Shown here: piece after piece, positions 52,185 to 61,634 of the stretch
Layout of the letters: the number at the start of each line of letters is the position of its first letter
Numbering within the stretch: position 1 is the stretch's first letter
Assembly (NCBI GenBank): GCA_040754275.1
Contig: JBFMCW010000001.1
Span: 37,025-101,024, forward strand
Direction: 5' to 3'
DNA from: Pseudomonadota bacterium
GTDB taxonomy: Bacteria; Pseudomonadota; Gammaproteobacteria; Burkholderiales; Thiobacillaceae
DNA: 64,000 nucleotides
The notes under the pieces: model-generated
The model's input: the letters and a program-made list of their open reading frames with translations, nothing else
What the model was told of the DNA's origin: nothing
Database searches by the model: none
Position numbers and translations under genes: made by a program

Positions 52185-52218
52185 AATATCCAGATAGACC
52201 ACCAGACAGCCAGGCACA

Positions 52219-53121
52219 TCACACCGGCAGGTGCCAGTAATGATCGACCAGCATCACCGCGAAGAGCGCGCTCAGGTACCAGATCGAGAAGCGGAAGGTT
52301 TGCCTCGCCAGCGCGTCGCTGTAGGCCCGCCACAGGCGCCAGCCGTACTGTATGAATCGCGCGCCCAGCGAGGCCGCCCCGAGCAGATAGATCATGCCGC
52401 CCATCCCGGTCGCCACCGGCAGCATCGTCACGGCGAACAGCAGCACGGTATACAGCAGCACCTGCAGGCGGGTGTAGGCCTCACCGTGCGTCACGGGCAG
52501 CATGGGCAGGCCCGCCCTGGCATATTCCTCGCGGCGATACAGGGCCAGCGCCCAGAAATGCGGCGGGGTCCAGGCAAAGATGATAAGGAAGAGCAGCAGC
52601 GCATCGTGGTGCACCTCACCGGTCGCCGCGGCCCAGCCGAGGACGGGTGGCATCGCGCCGGACGCCCCGCCGATCACGATGTTCTGCGGTGTCATCGGCT
52701 TGAGAATGGCAGTGTAGATCACCGCATAGCCGACGAAGGTGGCCAGTGTGAGCCACATCGTGAGGGAATTGACGAAGACATGCAGCAGCAGCAGGCCGAT
52801 GCCGCCTACCACGCCGGAAAAGACTAGGGTCTGGGCGCTGGTCAGTTCGCCGCGCGGCAGGGGGCGGGCACGTGTACGGGCCATGAGCGCGTCGATCTTC
52901 TGTTCGATCAGACAGTTGAATGCCGCGGCAGCGCCCGCCACCAGCGCGATCCCCAAGGTGCCGGCCCAGAGGACATTCCAGGACGGCCAGCCTGGCACAG
53001 CGAGAAACATGCCGATCACGGCCGTGAACACGATGAGGCTGACCACGCGCAACTTGCACAGGGCGAGAAACTGCTGGCAACGGCAGGCGGCCCCCTGGAT
53101 CATCAAGGACTCCATGCTCAT
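52219..53121 (-). CDS. cyoE: Protoheme IX farnesyltransferase (heme O synthase)
   Basis: Start at 53121; [33 protein letters not shown]. Confidence 0.97.
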   Translation of the reverse strand: MSMESLMIQGAACRCQQFLALCKLRVVSLIVFTAVIGMFLAVPGWPSWNVLWAGTLGIALVAGAAAAFNCLIEQKIDALMARTRARPLPRGELTSAQTLVFSGVVGGIGLLLLHVFVNSLTMWLTLATFVGYAVIYTAILKPMTPQNIVIGGASGAMPPVLGWAAATGEVHHDALLLFLIIFAWTPPHFWALALYRREEYARAGLPMLPVTHGEAYTRLQVLLYTVLLFAVTMLPVATGMGGMIYLLGAASLGARFIQYGWRLWRAYSDALARQTFRFSIWYLSALFAVMLVDHYWHLPV

Positions 53122-54101
53122 CTCCTGCGTACGCGGAAATTCAGCCAGACCAGGGCAGACAGCAGCAAGGCCGCGCCCGCGTTGTGCGCCACCGCCACTG
53201 CCAGAGGCAAGCTGAACAGAACGTTGCTGATGCCGAGCGCAAGCTGTAATGCCAGCAACACAAGAAGCGCCAGGCCGAGCCCTGCGTAGCCCGGGGCGCG
53301 CAGCAGTTGCCAGACCAACCACAGTAGGTAAACGCTCACCACGAGTGCCATCAGGCGGTGGGTCCAGTGAATGGCGGTCAACGCTGCCATCGGCAGCAGG
53401 TCGCCCGTTGCGGTCTCACCGAGTTCGCGATGCAGGGTGAAACCATGTTCGAAATCCATTGCCGGCACCCAGGCGCCCTGACAAAGTGGAAAATCGGTGC
53501 AGGCAAGCGCCGCATAGTTGGTACTTACCCACCCGCCCAGTGCGACCTGCACGGCCACCAGCACCAGGCCGATCGTTGCCGCCCTGCGCAGATGTCCTGC
53601 ATGTGCATGATAGGCGTGCGCAACCCGGCTGCGCTCACGCAGCCAGAGCCACAGCAGCAGGGAAATCGTGGCCATGCCGCCCAGGAGGTGCGCGGTGACG
53701 ATCAGGGGTTTTAGCAGTTCTGTCACGGTCCACATGCCCAGCAAGGCCTGGAAAACAACCAGGCCGAGGAGCAGCAGGGGCAAGCCCGGCCCACCCTGGA
53801 TCTCGTGGCGCCGGAGCCACCCCGCCACGGCAATCGCCAGAACCAGCAGGCCGAGCGTGCCGGCAAAATAGCGATGCGCCATTTCCTTCCAGGCCTTCTC
53901 ATGCGACACCGGTCCGTCAGGACGCAAGGCAAGTTCCGCCTCTATGGCATCCGCGGCATGGCGCGGGGTGAGGTGTCCGTAGCATCCCGGCCAGTCGGGG
54001 CAGCCCAGCCCCGCATCGGAAAGCCGTACGTACGCTCCCAGGCACACTACACCGAAGGTCAGGATCAGGGCTGCGAGGATGAGCGCGCGGTAAGAGGTCA
54101 T
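53118..54101 (-). CDS. ctaA: Heme A synthase (COX15/CtaA)
   Basis: [41 protein letters not shown]. Confidence 0.95.
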   Translation of the reverse strand: MTSYRALILAALILTFGVVCLGAYVRLSDAGLGCPDWPGCYGHLTPRHAADAIEAELALRPDGPVSHEKAWKEMAHRYFAGTLGLLVLAIAVAGWLRRHEIQGGPGLPLLLLGLVVFQALLGMWTVTELLKPLIVTAHLLGGMATISLLLWLWLRERSRVAHAYHAHAGHLRRAATIGLVLVAVQVALGGWVSTNYAALACTDFPLCQGAWVPAMDFEHGFTLHRELGETATGDLLPMAALTAIHWTHRLMALVVSVYLLWLVWQLLRAPGYAGLGLALLVLLALQLALGISNVLFSLPLAVAVAHNAGAALLLSALVWLNFRVRRR

Positions 54102-54103
54102 GG

Positions 54104-54667
54104 TCAGCCGATCTGTGACGCCTTAAGCAACAGCTTGAGGTCCTTCATCATGCGCTTAGCATCCGGACTGGCAGGAAACCGCAACATGAGATTGCCCAGC
54201 GGATCGATCAGAAAGATGTGAGTGTCCACGGCATCGGCTGCCGGAAACTGCGAGACGAAGGCCGCATTGCTCGGCCGCCACACATGCATCCCGTGATACT
54301 CGCCCAGCAAGGCCGGATCAGGCAACCCTGAGCCGCTTAGGACCCACAGGCGCTCGATGCGCGATTGTTCCCTGCCTTGCGCGATCCGCGTCTGGCGCAT
54401 CAGGTACAGCTGCTGCCGGCAGGCCGCATCGCAGACCGGCTCGTCCACATGCACCATCACCCACTTGCCACGCAGTTCGGAAAGATCGAATGGACGCCCA
54501 TCCCAAGTCGCTCCGGACGTGTACCGCAGAGGTGTCACGGTCAGCAGCTCACCGTAGTTGGTATGCCCGGACGGACGCCAGCCAAAGTAGGCAATCCAGG
54601 CCGCCACGACCGGGACCACGAAGACGCCGACCAGCAGAAGTAATTTTGCGCGGGGTTTCAGTTGCAT
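54104..54667 (-). CDS. Membrane-anchored SCO/thioredoxin-like protein
   Basis: N-terminal TM helix, CDAAC (CxxxC), FLIDPLGNLMLRF; conserved slot between SURF1 and ctaA. Confidence 0.75.
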   Translation of the reverse strand: MQLKPRAKLLLLVGVFVVPVVAAWIAYFGWRPSGHTNYGELLTVTPLRYTSGATWDGRPFDLSELRGKWVMVHVDEPVCDAACRQQLYLMRQTRIAQGREQSRIERLWVLSGSGLPDPALLGEYHGMHVWRPSNAAFVSQFPAADAVDTHIFLIDPLGNLMLRFPASPDAKRMMKDLKLLLKASQIG

Positions 54668-54679
54668 GTACTTATCGGT

Positions 54680-55432
54680 TCATGGCGCCTTCGGCCGCGC
54701 ATCTTCAGCACGCACGCGCCTCACATTCGTCACCAGCCACAGCACTGCCAGCGTCGTTGCCAGACTGTACCACTGGAACGCATAGCTGACATGCATCGCG
54801 ACGCCGGCATCGGGTCGCGGCCAGTCGCGCACCAGTCCGTCGGGCTGTTCGCTGGTCTGCATCAGCAGCACGGGCTGCAAAGTCAAATGAGTCGTGCGAG
54901 CGTAACGCGCCATGTCCAGGTTCTGCCAGACACGCCCCTGCGGCGCGGCATCACCGAGCTCGATGTAACGGGTCTGCGGACTCGCCGCCATACCCTCCAC
55001 GTCCACCTCCCCGGGGGGAATGCGAGGCACCGGCGGCACCGCACGCGAAGGGCCCGCGCCGACCCAGCCACGGTTTACCAGAATGGCCATGCCTCCGCGG
55101 TCGAGGACAAGCGGGGTCAGCACATGATAGCCTGCCCTGCCCGCGTGCACACGGTTGTCGAGCAGGATGGTATGCGCATCGTCGAAACGCCCCCTGGCCT
55201 CGATGCGGCGATGCAGCACGCTGTCAGGTTCCAGCGCCACCGGGCCGACATGGATGGGCGCTTCCAGCATCGCGGCATCGTAGCGCGCCTGGAGCGTCCG
55301 CTTATCTTCCGCGCGCCCGCTCTGCCAGTTGCCGAGCCACAGGGTCAGCGCAAAAAAGAAAGCTGCAGCCAGAGTAGGCCACAGGCCGGGGGCAAAGCGC
55401 CATCGCCCGACACGCAGATCCATCAAGTGCAT
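54680..55432 (-). CDS. SURF1-family cytochrome oxidase assembly protein
   Basis: LWLGNWQ, GYHVLTPL, VNRGWV, HVSYAFQW. Confidence 0.95.
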   Translation of the reverse strand: MHLMDLRVGRWRFAPGLWPTLAAAFFFALTLWLGNWQSGRAEDKRTLQARYDAAMLEAPIHVGPVALEPDSVLHRRIEARGRFDDAHTILLDNRVHAGRAGYHVLTPLVLDRGGMAILVNRGWVGAGPSRAVPPVPRIPPGEVDVEGMAASPQTRYIELGDAAPQGRVWQNLDMARYARTTHLTLQPVLLMQTSEQPDGLVRDWPRPDAGVAMHVSYAFQWYSLATTLAVLWLVTNVRRVRAEDARPKAP

Positions 55433-55480
55433 GGGCGATGCAATCCGGTTAGACTGAAATTTTGCCGAGCGTCCCGTGTC

Positions 55481-55681
55481 ATGCGCCTACTTGCCCTGCT
55501 CTTCATCGTCCTCATCCTGGCAAGCCTTGCCAGTGCACTCTACTACCTGATCAAGGATCGCGGCCAGACCGATCGCACCGTGAAAATGCTGACCGTGCGG
55601 GTCGGCCTCTCGCTCGCGCTGTTCATCCTGCTGATGGCAGGCTACTACTTCGGCATCGTGCCGCAAACCGGGCTGCGCTGA
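55481..55681 (+). CDS. Twin-transmembrane-helix small protein (DUF2909-like)
   Basis: MRLLALLFIVLILASLASALYYLIKDRGQTDRTVKMLTVRVGLSLALF...; opposite-strand position typical of cox clusters. Confidence 0.88.
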   Translation: MRLLALLFIVLILASLASALYYLIKDRGQTDRTVKMLTVRVGLSLALFILLMAGYYFGIVPQTGLR

Positions 55682-55695
55682 CGCAACGCCCAACA

Positions 55696-55721
55696 AAAAG
55701 CCGCCACAGGCGGCCTTTTTT
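55696..55721. terminator. Bidirectional terminator between the DUF2909 gene and coxC
   Basis: AAAAGCCGCC-ACA-GGCGGC-CTTTTTT between convergent genes. Confidence 0.75.
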
Positions 55722-55736
55722 GGGACACCCTGGCGT

Positions 55737-56603
55737 TCAGATCAGCCAGTACACCAGCACAAACAGCAACACCCACACCACATCGACGAAGTGCCAGTAC
55801 CAGGACACCGCCTCGAAGGCGAAGTGGTGCTCGGCAGTGAAATGTCCTGCGATCGAACGGCCGAGCATGACGATCAGCATGGTGGTCCCGACCAGCACGT
55901 GAAAGCCGTGGAAGCCGGTGAGCATGAAGAAGGTCGCACCGTATACGCCTGCGCCCAGCGTCAGCCCGAGCTCGCTGTAGGCATGGATGTATTCGTACAC
56001 CTGCAGCCCAAGGAACACGCTGCCGAGGGCCACAGTCAGCGCCAGGCCGAGGACCAGCTGGCTGCGCGCCCCTTTCTTCAGCCCCCAGTGCGCCCAGGTC
56101 ACGGTCACCCCCGAAGACAGCAGCAGCAGCGTGTTGATCGCCGGAATCCCCCACGCACCCATGGGCGTGAACTGGAAGCCGTCGGCCGTGAGGCCTGGCC
56201 CGGCGGTTGGCCAGGTTGCCTGGAAGGCCGGCCACAGTTGCTGCATGGTGTCGCCCTCGGCCAGCCAGGGCACCGACAGCACCCGAGTGTAGAACAGCGC
56301 ACCAAAGAAAGCCGCGAAGAACATCACTTCGGAGAAGATGAACCAACTCATCGACCAGCGGTAGGAACTGTCCACCTGCTTGTTGAAACGGCCCGCCTCG
56401 CTGTCGCGGATGACTTCGCCGAACCAGCCGAACATCATGTAGAACAGGATCGCCAGCCCGGCAAGCAGGACCCAGCCACCATGATCGATTTCCCGCATCG
56501 TCATGGTGCCGCCCACAGCCATCAGCAACAGGGCGACCGAGCCGACAAACGGCCAGATCGAAGGCTGCGGTAGGTAGTATTTATCGGTTTGCGCCAAGCT
56601 CAT
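55737..56603 (-). CDS. coxC: Cytochrome c oxidase subunit III
   Basis: WFIFSEVMFF, NTLLLLSSG, FFMLTGFHGFHV, YWHFVDVVW. Confidence 0.98.
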   Translation of the reverse strand: MSLAQTDKYYLPQPSIWPFVGSVALLLMAVGGTMTMREIDHGGWVLLAGLAILFYMMFGWFGEVIRDSEAGRFNKQVDSSYRWSMSWFIFSEVMFFAAFFGALFYTRVLSVPWLAEGDTMQQLWPAFQATWPTAGPGLTADGFQFTPMGAWGIPAINTLLLLSSGVTVTWAHWGLKKGARSQLVLGLALTVALGSVFLGLQVYEYIHAYSELGLTLGAGVYGATFFMLTGFHGFHVLVGTTMLIVMLGRSIAGHFTAEHHFAFEAVSWYWHFVDVVWVLLFVLVYWLI

Positions 56604-56643
56604 CTCATCCCCTTCCTCTCTGTCATTGGTTTCAGGAATCGGT

Positions 56644-56841
56644 TCACTGCAGGAACTGCATTGCCAGATACACCACCAGCAACATCGTCAAAATGAACAC
56701 CACACCACCGATCAGACCGGCGAGGATGATCTGGGCCGGCGTCAGGGTCTGCGCGTCGTCGTCGTAATCGCGCCGCTTGCGCACGCCGAAGAAGCTCCAG
56801 AAGACGGCGAGCGCAGCCTTGAGATTGCTGCCTGCCACCAT
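56644..56841 (-). CDS. DUF2970-like small membrane protein
   Basis: AVFWSFFGVRKRRDYDDDA followed by a TM helix; lies between ctaG and coxC. Confidence 0.85.
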   Translation of the reverse strand: MVAGSNLKAALAVFWSFFGVRKRRDYDDDAQTLTPAQIILAGLIGGVVFILTMLLVVYLAMQFLQ

Positions 56842-57390
56842 TCACCCCCCGCGCACAAGGCCTGCGAGCGCTCGCGCCTGCCGGCCAGTCTCGAAAAAGG
56901 TGTACGACAGCGTCACCGTGTGCAGGTCGGACTCGATCGCGGGATCGAGAACGAACAGCACCGGCATGCGTCGCGTCTCGCCCGCAGCAAGTGTCTGCGG
57001 CGTGAAGCAGAAGCATTCGATCTTTTTGAACGCCGAAGCGGCACGCGCCGGACCGTAGCTCGGCACCGCCTGCCCCACGATCGGCTCATCGCTGGTATTG
57101 GTGACCTCGTATTCCACCTGCACCAGTTGTCCGGGGTGCACTTTCATGCTGCGCACCGCAGGCTTGAAGCGCCAGGGCAGCGCCTCGTTCATGTTCGCGT
57201 CGAATTCCAGCGTCACCCAGCGGCTGGCATCCACCTGCGTATTCCTGGCAAGACTCTGCTCGGCGCCGGAATTGATGCCGGTCACCTCGCAGATCTTGTA
57301 ATAGAAAGGCACCAGCGCGAAGCCGAAGCCGAACATTGCCAGGGTCGCGACGGTCAGCTTCGCCAGTGTCCTGCCGTTCCCCGCGGCCAT
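56842..57390 (-). CDS. ctaG: Cytochrome c oxidase copper assembly protein CtaG/Cox11
   Basis: FGFALVPFYYKIC, KKIECFCF, VTLSYTFF. Confidence 0.97.
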   Translation of the reverse strand: MAAGNGRTLAKLTVATLAMFGFGFALVPFYYKICEVTGINSGAEQSLARNTQVDASRWVTLEFDANMNEALPWRFKPAVRSMKVHPGQLVQVEYEVTNTSDEPIVGQAVPSYGPARAASAFKKIECFCFTPQTLAAGETRRMPVLFVLDPAIESDLHTVTLSYTFFETGRQARALAGLVRGG

Positions 57391-57393
57391 GGT

Positions 57394-57495
57394 TCAGCGC
57401 AACCCCGTGAAGAGCGTGAACAGAAACAGCCCCAGGGCGAACAGCGCGAGCAGGGCCGCAGTCAGGTACTTGTTGCCGCCGCGCTTGTCGTTCAC
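57394..57495 (-). CDS. 33-aa single-TM protein between coxA and ctaG
   Basis: GTG start with AGGGG RBS 8 nt upstream; MNDKRGGNKYLTAALLALFALGLFLFTLFTGLR; stop 3 nt before the ctaG ATG. Confidence 0.7.
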   Translation of the reverse strand: MNDKRGGNKYLTAALLALFALGLFLFTLFTGLR

Positions 57496-57524
57496 GCACG
57501 CCACCCCTGAATGGCCACCGGCGC

Positions 57525-59111
57525 TCACTTGATCACCGGTGCGGTTTCGAAGGTGTGGTAGGGCGCGGGCGAGGGTACCGTCCACTCCAGGCCCTCGGCG
57601 CCTTCCCATACCTTGGTCGTCGCCTTCACGCCGCCCTTGATCGTCTTCAGCACCACCCACAGGAAGATGAGCTGAGAGAAGCCGAAGATGAAGGCGCCGA
57701 CCGTGGCGATCTGGTTGAACTCGGTGAACTGCAGCGCATAGTCGGGAATGCGGCGCGGCATGCCGGCAAGTCCGAGGAAGTGCATGGGGAAGAACACGAT
57801 GTTCATGCCGATGACCGACAGCCAGAAGTGCCATTTGCCGAGCGTCTCGTCGTACATGTGGCCAGTCCACTTTGGCAGCCAGTAGTAGATGCCCGCGAAG
57901 ATCGAGAACAGCGCACCCGACACCAGCACGTAGTGGAAATGCGCGACGACGTAGTAGGTATCGTGCAGTTGGATGTCCACCGGCGCGATGGCCAGCACCA
58001 GGCCGGAGAAGCCGCCGATGGTGAAGAGGCAGACGAAGGCGATGGCGAACAGCATCGGGGTCTCGAAGGTCATCGAGCCGCGCCACATGGTGGCAACCCA
58101 GTTGAACACCTTCACCCCTGTGGGCACGGCGATCAGCATGGTCGAGAACATGAAGAAGAGCTGCGCCGCGACCGGCATGCCCACGGTAAACATGTGGTGT
58201 GCCCAGACGATGAAGGACAGGATCGCGATCGAGGCCGTGGCATACACCATTGACGCATAGCCGAACAGCGGCTTCCTCGCGAAGGTGGGAATCACCTGGG
58301 AGATGATGCCGAAGGCCGGCAGGATCAGGATGTAGACCTCGGGATGGGCGAAGAACCAGAAAATGTGCTGGAACATCACCGGGTCGCCGCCTCCGGCGGC
58401 ATTGAAGAAGTGTGTGCCGAAGTTGCGATCGGTCAGCAGCATGGTCACCGCGCCCGCCAGCACCGGCATGGTGGCGATCAGCAGATAGGCCGTAATGAGC
58501 CAGGTCCAGCAGAACAGCGGCATCTTCATGAGCGTGAGGCCGGGCGCGCGCATGTTGAGGATGGTGGTGATGATGTTGATCGAGCCCATGATCGACGACA
58601 GGCCCATGATGTGCACGGCGAGAATCGTCAGGTCGTACGAAATGCCGCCCTGGATGTAGAGCGGCGGATACATCGTCCAGCCGCCCGCGACAGCGCCGCC
58701 AGGCAGGACGAACGAAACCATCAGCAGGATGGCCGCCACCGGCAGGATCCAGAAGGCCCAGTTATTCATGCGCGGGAAGGCCATGTCGGGCGCCCCCAGC
58801 ATGAGGGGCACCTGCCAGTTCGCGAAGCCCGAGAACGCGGGCATGATCACGCCGAAGATCATGATCAGGCCGTGCATGGTGGTGAGCTGGTTGAAGAAAT
58901 CCGGATTGGTCACCTGCAGGCCGGGCTGGAACAGCTCGGCACGGATCAGGAGTGCCATGGTGCCGGCCGCGAACAGCATGATCAGTGCAAACCACAGGTA
59001 CAGGGAACCGATGTCCTTGTGGTTGGTAGTGGTCAGCCAGCGCATGATCCCCGTCGGGTGCGCATGATGTCCGTGGTCGTCGTGGCCGTGGGCGTGTGCA
59101 ACATCAGACAT
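57525..59111 (-). CDS. coxA: Cytochrome c oxidase subunit I (A-type)
   Basis: Start reassigned to ATG at 59111; [14 protein letters not shown]-type helix, HPEVY, WAHHMF, VAHFHY, GMPRR. Confidence 0.99.
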   Translation of the reverse strand: MSDVAHAHGHDDHGHHAHPTGIMRWLTTTNHKDIGSLYLWFALIMLFAAGTMALLIRAELFQPGLQVTNPDFFNQLTTMHGLIMIFGVIMPAFSGFANWQVPLMLGAPDMAFPRMNNWAFWILPVAAILLMVSFVLPGGAVAGGWTMYPPLYIQGGISYDLTILAVHIMGLSSIMGSINIITTILNMRAPGLTLMKMPLFCWTWLITAYLLIATMPVLAGAVTMLLTDRNFGTHFFNAAGGGDPVMFQHIFWFFAHPEVYILILPAFGIISQVIPTFARKPLFGYASMVYATASIAILSFIVWAHHMFTVGMPVAAQLFFMFSTMLIAVPTGVKVFNWVATMWRGSMTFETPMLFAIAFVCLFTIGGFSGLVLAIAPVDIQLHDTYYVVAHFHYVLVSGALFSIFAGIYYWLPKWTGHMYDETLGKWHFWLSVIGMNIVFFPMHFLGLAGMPRRIPDYALQFTEFNQIATVGAFIFGFSQLIFLWVVLKTIKGGVKATTKVWEGAEGLEWTVPSPAPYHTFETAPVIK

Positions 59112-59134
59112 GGTTATGCTCTCCTCTCGGTGAT

Positions 59135-60283
59135 TTATTGTGCGGCGGGGGCCGCGGCTTCGGCGCCGCCGCGTGCGGCTGCAATCTGCGCAGGCTGGGC
59201 GGCATCGCCCGTCTTGTTGTCCCAGGCGTTGCGCTGATAGGTCACGACGGCGGCGATGTCCGCATCCGACAACTGGCCGCCGAAGGCAGACATCGCCGTA
59301 CCTGGCTTGCCGTTCAGCACGATGTCGATGTGCGCATCGATCGGGCCGGTGGCGACCTTTGAACCACTGATGGCCGGGAAGGCGCCCGGCAGGCCCATGC
59401 CATTGGCCTGGTGACAGGCCGCGCAATTGGCACCGTAGATCTTTTCACCGCGCGCGATCAATTCCGCCGTATCGAATGTCCGGGTATTGTCGGACGCAGC
59501 CGTATCAGCTTCGCCCTTCTTCTTCGCAACCCAGGCCTGATAGTCCGCCTCGGAGACCACCTCGACGACGATGGGCATAAACCCGTGGTCCTTGCCGCAC
59601 AGTTCCACGCACTGGCCGCGGTAGGTGCCGATCTTGTCGGCCTGGAACCAGGTGTCGCGGATGAAGCCGGGGATCGCATCCTGCTTGGCGCCCAGCGCCG
59701 GAACCCACCAGGCGTGCAGCACGTCGTTCGCCGTGATCAAGAGGCGTACGCGCTTGCCCACCGGCACCACCATCGGCTCATCGACTTCCAGAAGATAGTG
59801 CTCGCCCTTCGCCGCGGTGTTCTCGATCTGCTCGCGCGGCGTGGAGAGATTGCTGTAGAAGCTGACGTTTTCGTTGAGGTAGTCGTAGCCCCATTTCCAC
59901 TGATAGCCCGTGACCTTGATCGTCATGTCCGGGTTGGTCGTGTCCTTCATGTCGATCACCACCCTGGCCGCCGGGTAGGCCATGCCCATGAGGATGACGA
60001 AGGGGATCACGGTCCAGATGACCTCGATGGTGGTGTTCTCGTGGAAATGCGCAGCCTGGTGACCCGCCGACTTGCGGTGCTTGATCAGCGAGTAGAACAT
60101 CGCGCCGAAGACCACCACGAAGATGCCCAGGCAAACCAGCATGATGAGGTTGTGCAGCTGGAACACATCCTGCGCCACCCGGCTCGCCGGCTCCTGCAGG
60201 TTGTATGCGTAGTCCGCCCACGCCGCCTGGCTTGCCATCAGCGAAACCACCGCAGCACCTGCCCGTTTACTCATGCTCTTCAT
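59135..60283 (-). CDS. coxB: Cytochrome c oxidase subunit II with C-terminal cytochrome c domain
   Basis: [19 protein letters not shown], CuA motif [17 protein letters not shown] heme motif. Confidence 0.98.
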   Translation of the reverse strand: MKSMSKRAGAAVVSLMASQAAWADYAYNLQEPASRVAQDVFQLHNLIMLVCLGIFVVVFGAMFYSLIKHRKSAGHQAAHFHENTTIEVIWTVIPFVILMGMAYPAARVVIDMKDTTNPDMTIKVTGYQWKWGYDYLNENVSFYSNLSTPREQIENTAAKGEHYLLEVDEPMVVPVGKRVRLLITANDVLHAWWVPALGAKQDAIPGFIRDTWFQADKIGTYRGQCVELCGKDHGFMPIVVEVVSEADYQAWVAKKKGEADTAASDNTRTFDTAELIARGEKIYGANCAACHQANGMGLPGAFPAISGSKVATGPIDAHIDIVLNGKPGTAMSAFGGQLSDADIAAVVTYQRNAWDNKTGDAAQPAQIAAARGGAEAAAPAAQ

Positions 60284-60347
60284 CGCGCCCCCGTCCTCTC
60301 TCTTTGGTTATTGATCTGTTCGGTCTCGCTGCGGATCGTGCTGCCCG

Positions 60348-60818
60348 CTAGGTCTGCAGCCTGTGCCGCAGGGTGGCGGCCAGTTGCAGGCGCGCCTCGT
60401 CACTCAGAAACTGCCCCACCTCGCTGCCACGCCCGTGCGAACGCACGCTCACCCGGCAGTTGCGGCCCGGCGCCGCGCAATCGAGTTCTACCCGCATCCA
60501 CTGCCGGTTCATCTCGCGCCGTCCGCAGCTGCGGCCACTGCTCCATTCCAGCACCACAGCATCCCCATCTATGGTAAGCGTCTCGAAATCGCCTTCGCGT
60601 CTGCGTACAGCTTCGAATGCCCAGGCCAGGATGCCGACTTCAAGCCCGGCAAAGGGCAGGATCATCCAGTACCCCAGCGCCGAGAACGCGATCGCTACGC
60701 CGAAACTCACGCCCGCAAGCGCCCAGAACATCCCGCGCGCCTGGGTGCGCGTCATGGAACAACGCGGACGCGAATGAAAGACGAACGCGCCGGTTGCCCC
60801 GCATGCAGTCCCTTCCAT
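60348..60818 (-). CDS. DUF2244-like integral membrane protein
   Basis: RPRCSMT, GYWMILPFAGLE, VGQFLSDEAR; start uncertain (60818 or 60833). Confidence 0.8.
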   Translation of the reverse strand: MEGTACGATGAFVFHSRPRCSMTRTQARGMFWALAGVSFGVAIAFSALGYWMILPFAGLEVGILAWAFEAVRRREGDFETLTIDGDAVVLEWSSGRSCGRREMNRQWMRVELDCAAPGRNCRVSVRSHGRGSEVGQFLSDEARLQLAATLRHRLQT

Positions 60819-60852
60819 GTCACTTGGTTCCATATCGGGCAGCAGACGTTGT

Positions 60853-60867
60853 GCGGCAATCTGTCGC
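60853..60867. promoter_or_regulatory. RegA/PrrA/RegR-type box upstream of the cox operon
   Basis: GCGGC-AATCT-GTCGC matches the RegR-box consensus GCGGC-N5-GTCGC exactly. Confidence 0.65.
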
Positions 60868-60912
60868 AGACAGTACACGCGTACGCGCACGCAGGCAAGC
60901 GATTTGAATCGC

Positions 60913-60925
60913 TAACCCATTGATT
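60913..60925 (-). promoter_or_regulatory. IHF consensus site
   Basis: AATCAATGGGTTA matches WATCAANNNNTTR, in an AT-rich spacer. Confidence 0.55.
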
Positions 60926-60956
60926 TGATTGTTGAATATCGTTATTACCGACTATT

Positions 60957-61634
60957 CTAAGATGCTAATTCTTCAGGCAGTGTCAGACAGTGCGCCACGG
61001 CGCCAGCATCCGCATCGGGCATGAACGGCAGGATACCGAGGCAGGGGCCGGGCAGGCGTGAGCCCAGCGTCGCAATGTTGGCTTCCGCCTGCGCCATGGC
61101 CGGGTTGATGCGGTTGCCGATCCAGCCGGCCCACGCCACCCCGCGTGCACGGATTGCCTCGGCCGTGAGGATGGCATGATTGAGGCAGCCCAGCTTGAGC
61201 CCCACCACCAGGATCGCCGGCAGCCCGAGCCGGGCTGCGAGATCCGCCATGTCGCACGCACCGGACAGGGGCACACGCCAGCCGCCCGCCCCTTCCACCA
61301 CCACCACATCCGACGCTGCGGCCAGCCGTGCGTAGGCCGCTGCGATGCGCTCGATGTCGATGACGACGCCGGCCGCCGCCGCCGCGATATGGGGCGCGAC
61401 GGGCGCATCGAAGGCATAGGGATTCATGTCGCGCAAGGCGACCTCGACATTGCAGGCCGCACGCAAGGCCGCCACGTCCTCGTTCAGTTCGTCCGGCACC
61501 GCGCCCGCGGAAACCGGCTTCATCGCCGCCACACGCAGGCCCTGCGCGCGCAAGGCATGGATCAGCGCAACCGCGGCGCGCGTCTTACCCACGCCGGTAT
61601 CGGTACCGGTGACGAAGATGCCGCGCGCGTTCAC
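60957..61634 (-). CDS. bioD: Dethiobiotin synthetase
   Basis: FVTGTDTGVGKT, VVEGAGGW, LGCLNHAILT. Confidence 0.98.
   Translation of the reverse strand: MNARGIFVTGTDTGVGKTRAAVALIHALRAQGLRVAAMKPVSAGAVPDELNEDVAALRAACNVEVALRDMNPYAFDAPVAPHIAAAAAGVVIDIERIAAAYARLAAASDVVVVEGAGGWRVPLSGACDMADLAARLGLPAILVVGLKLGCLNHAILTAEAIRARGVAWAGWIGNRINPAMAQAEANIATLGSRLPGPCLGILPFMPDADAGAVAHCLTLPEELAS

Noticed and set aside
50938-52218. FNR/Anr boxes around cco, sco and rrf2
   Set aside because: Only isolated TTGAT half-sites (about 52094-52098 and 52134-52138); no TTGAT-N4-ATCAA pair found
59135-59500. Cytochrome c domain fused to CoxB
   Set aside because: Real, but a well-known caa3-type architecture in Betaproteobacteria
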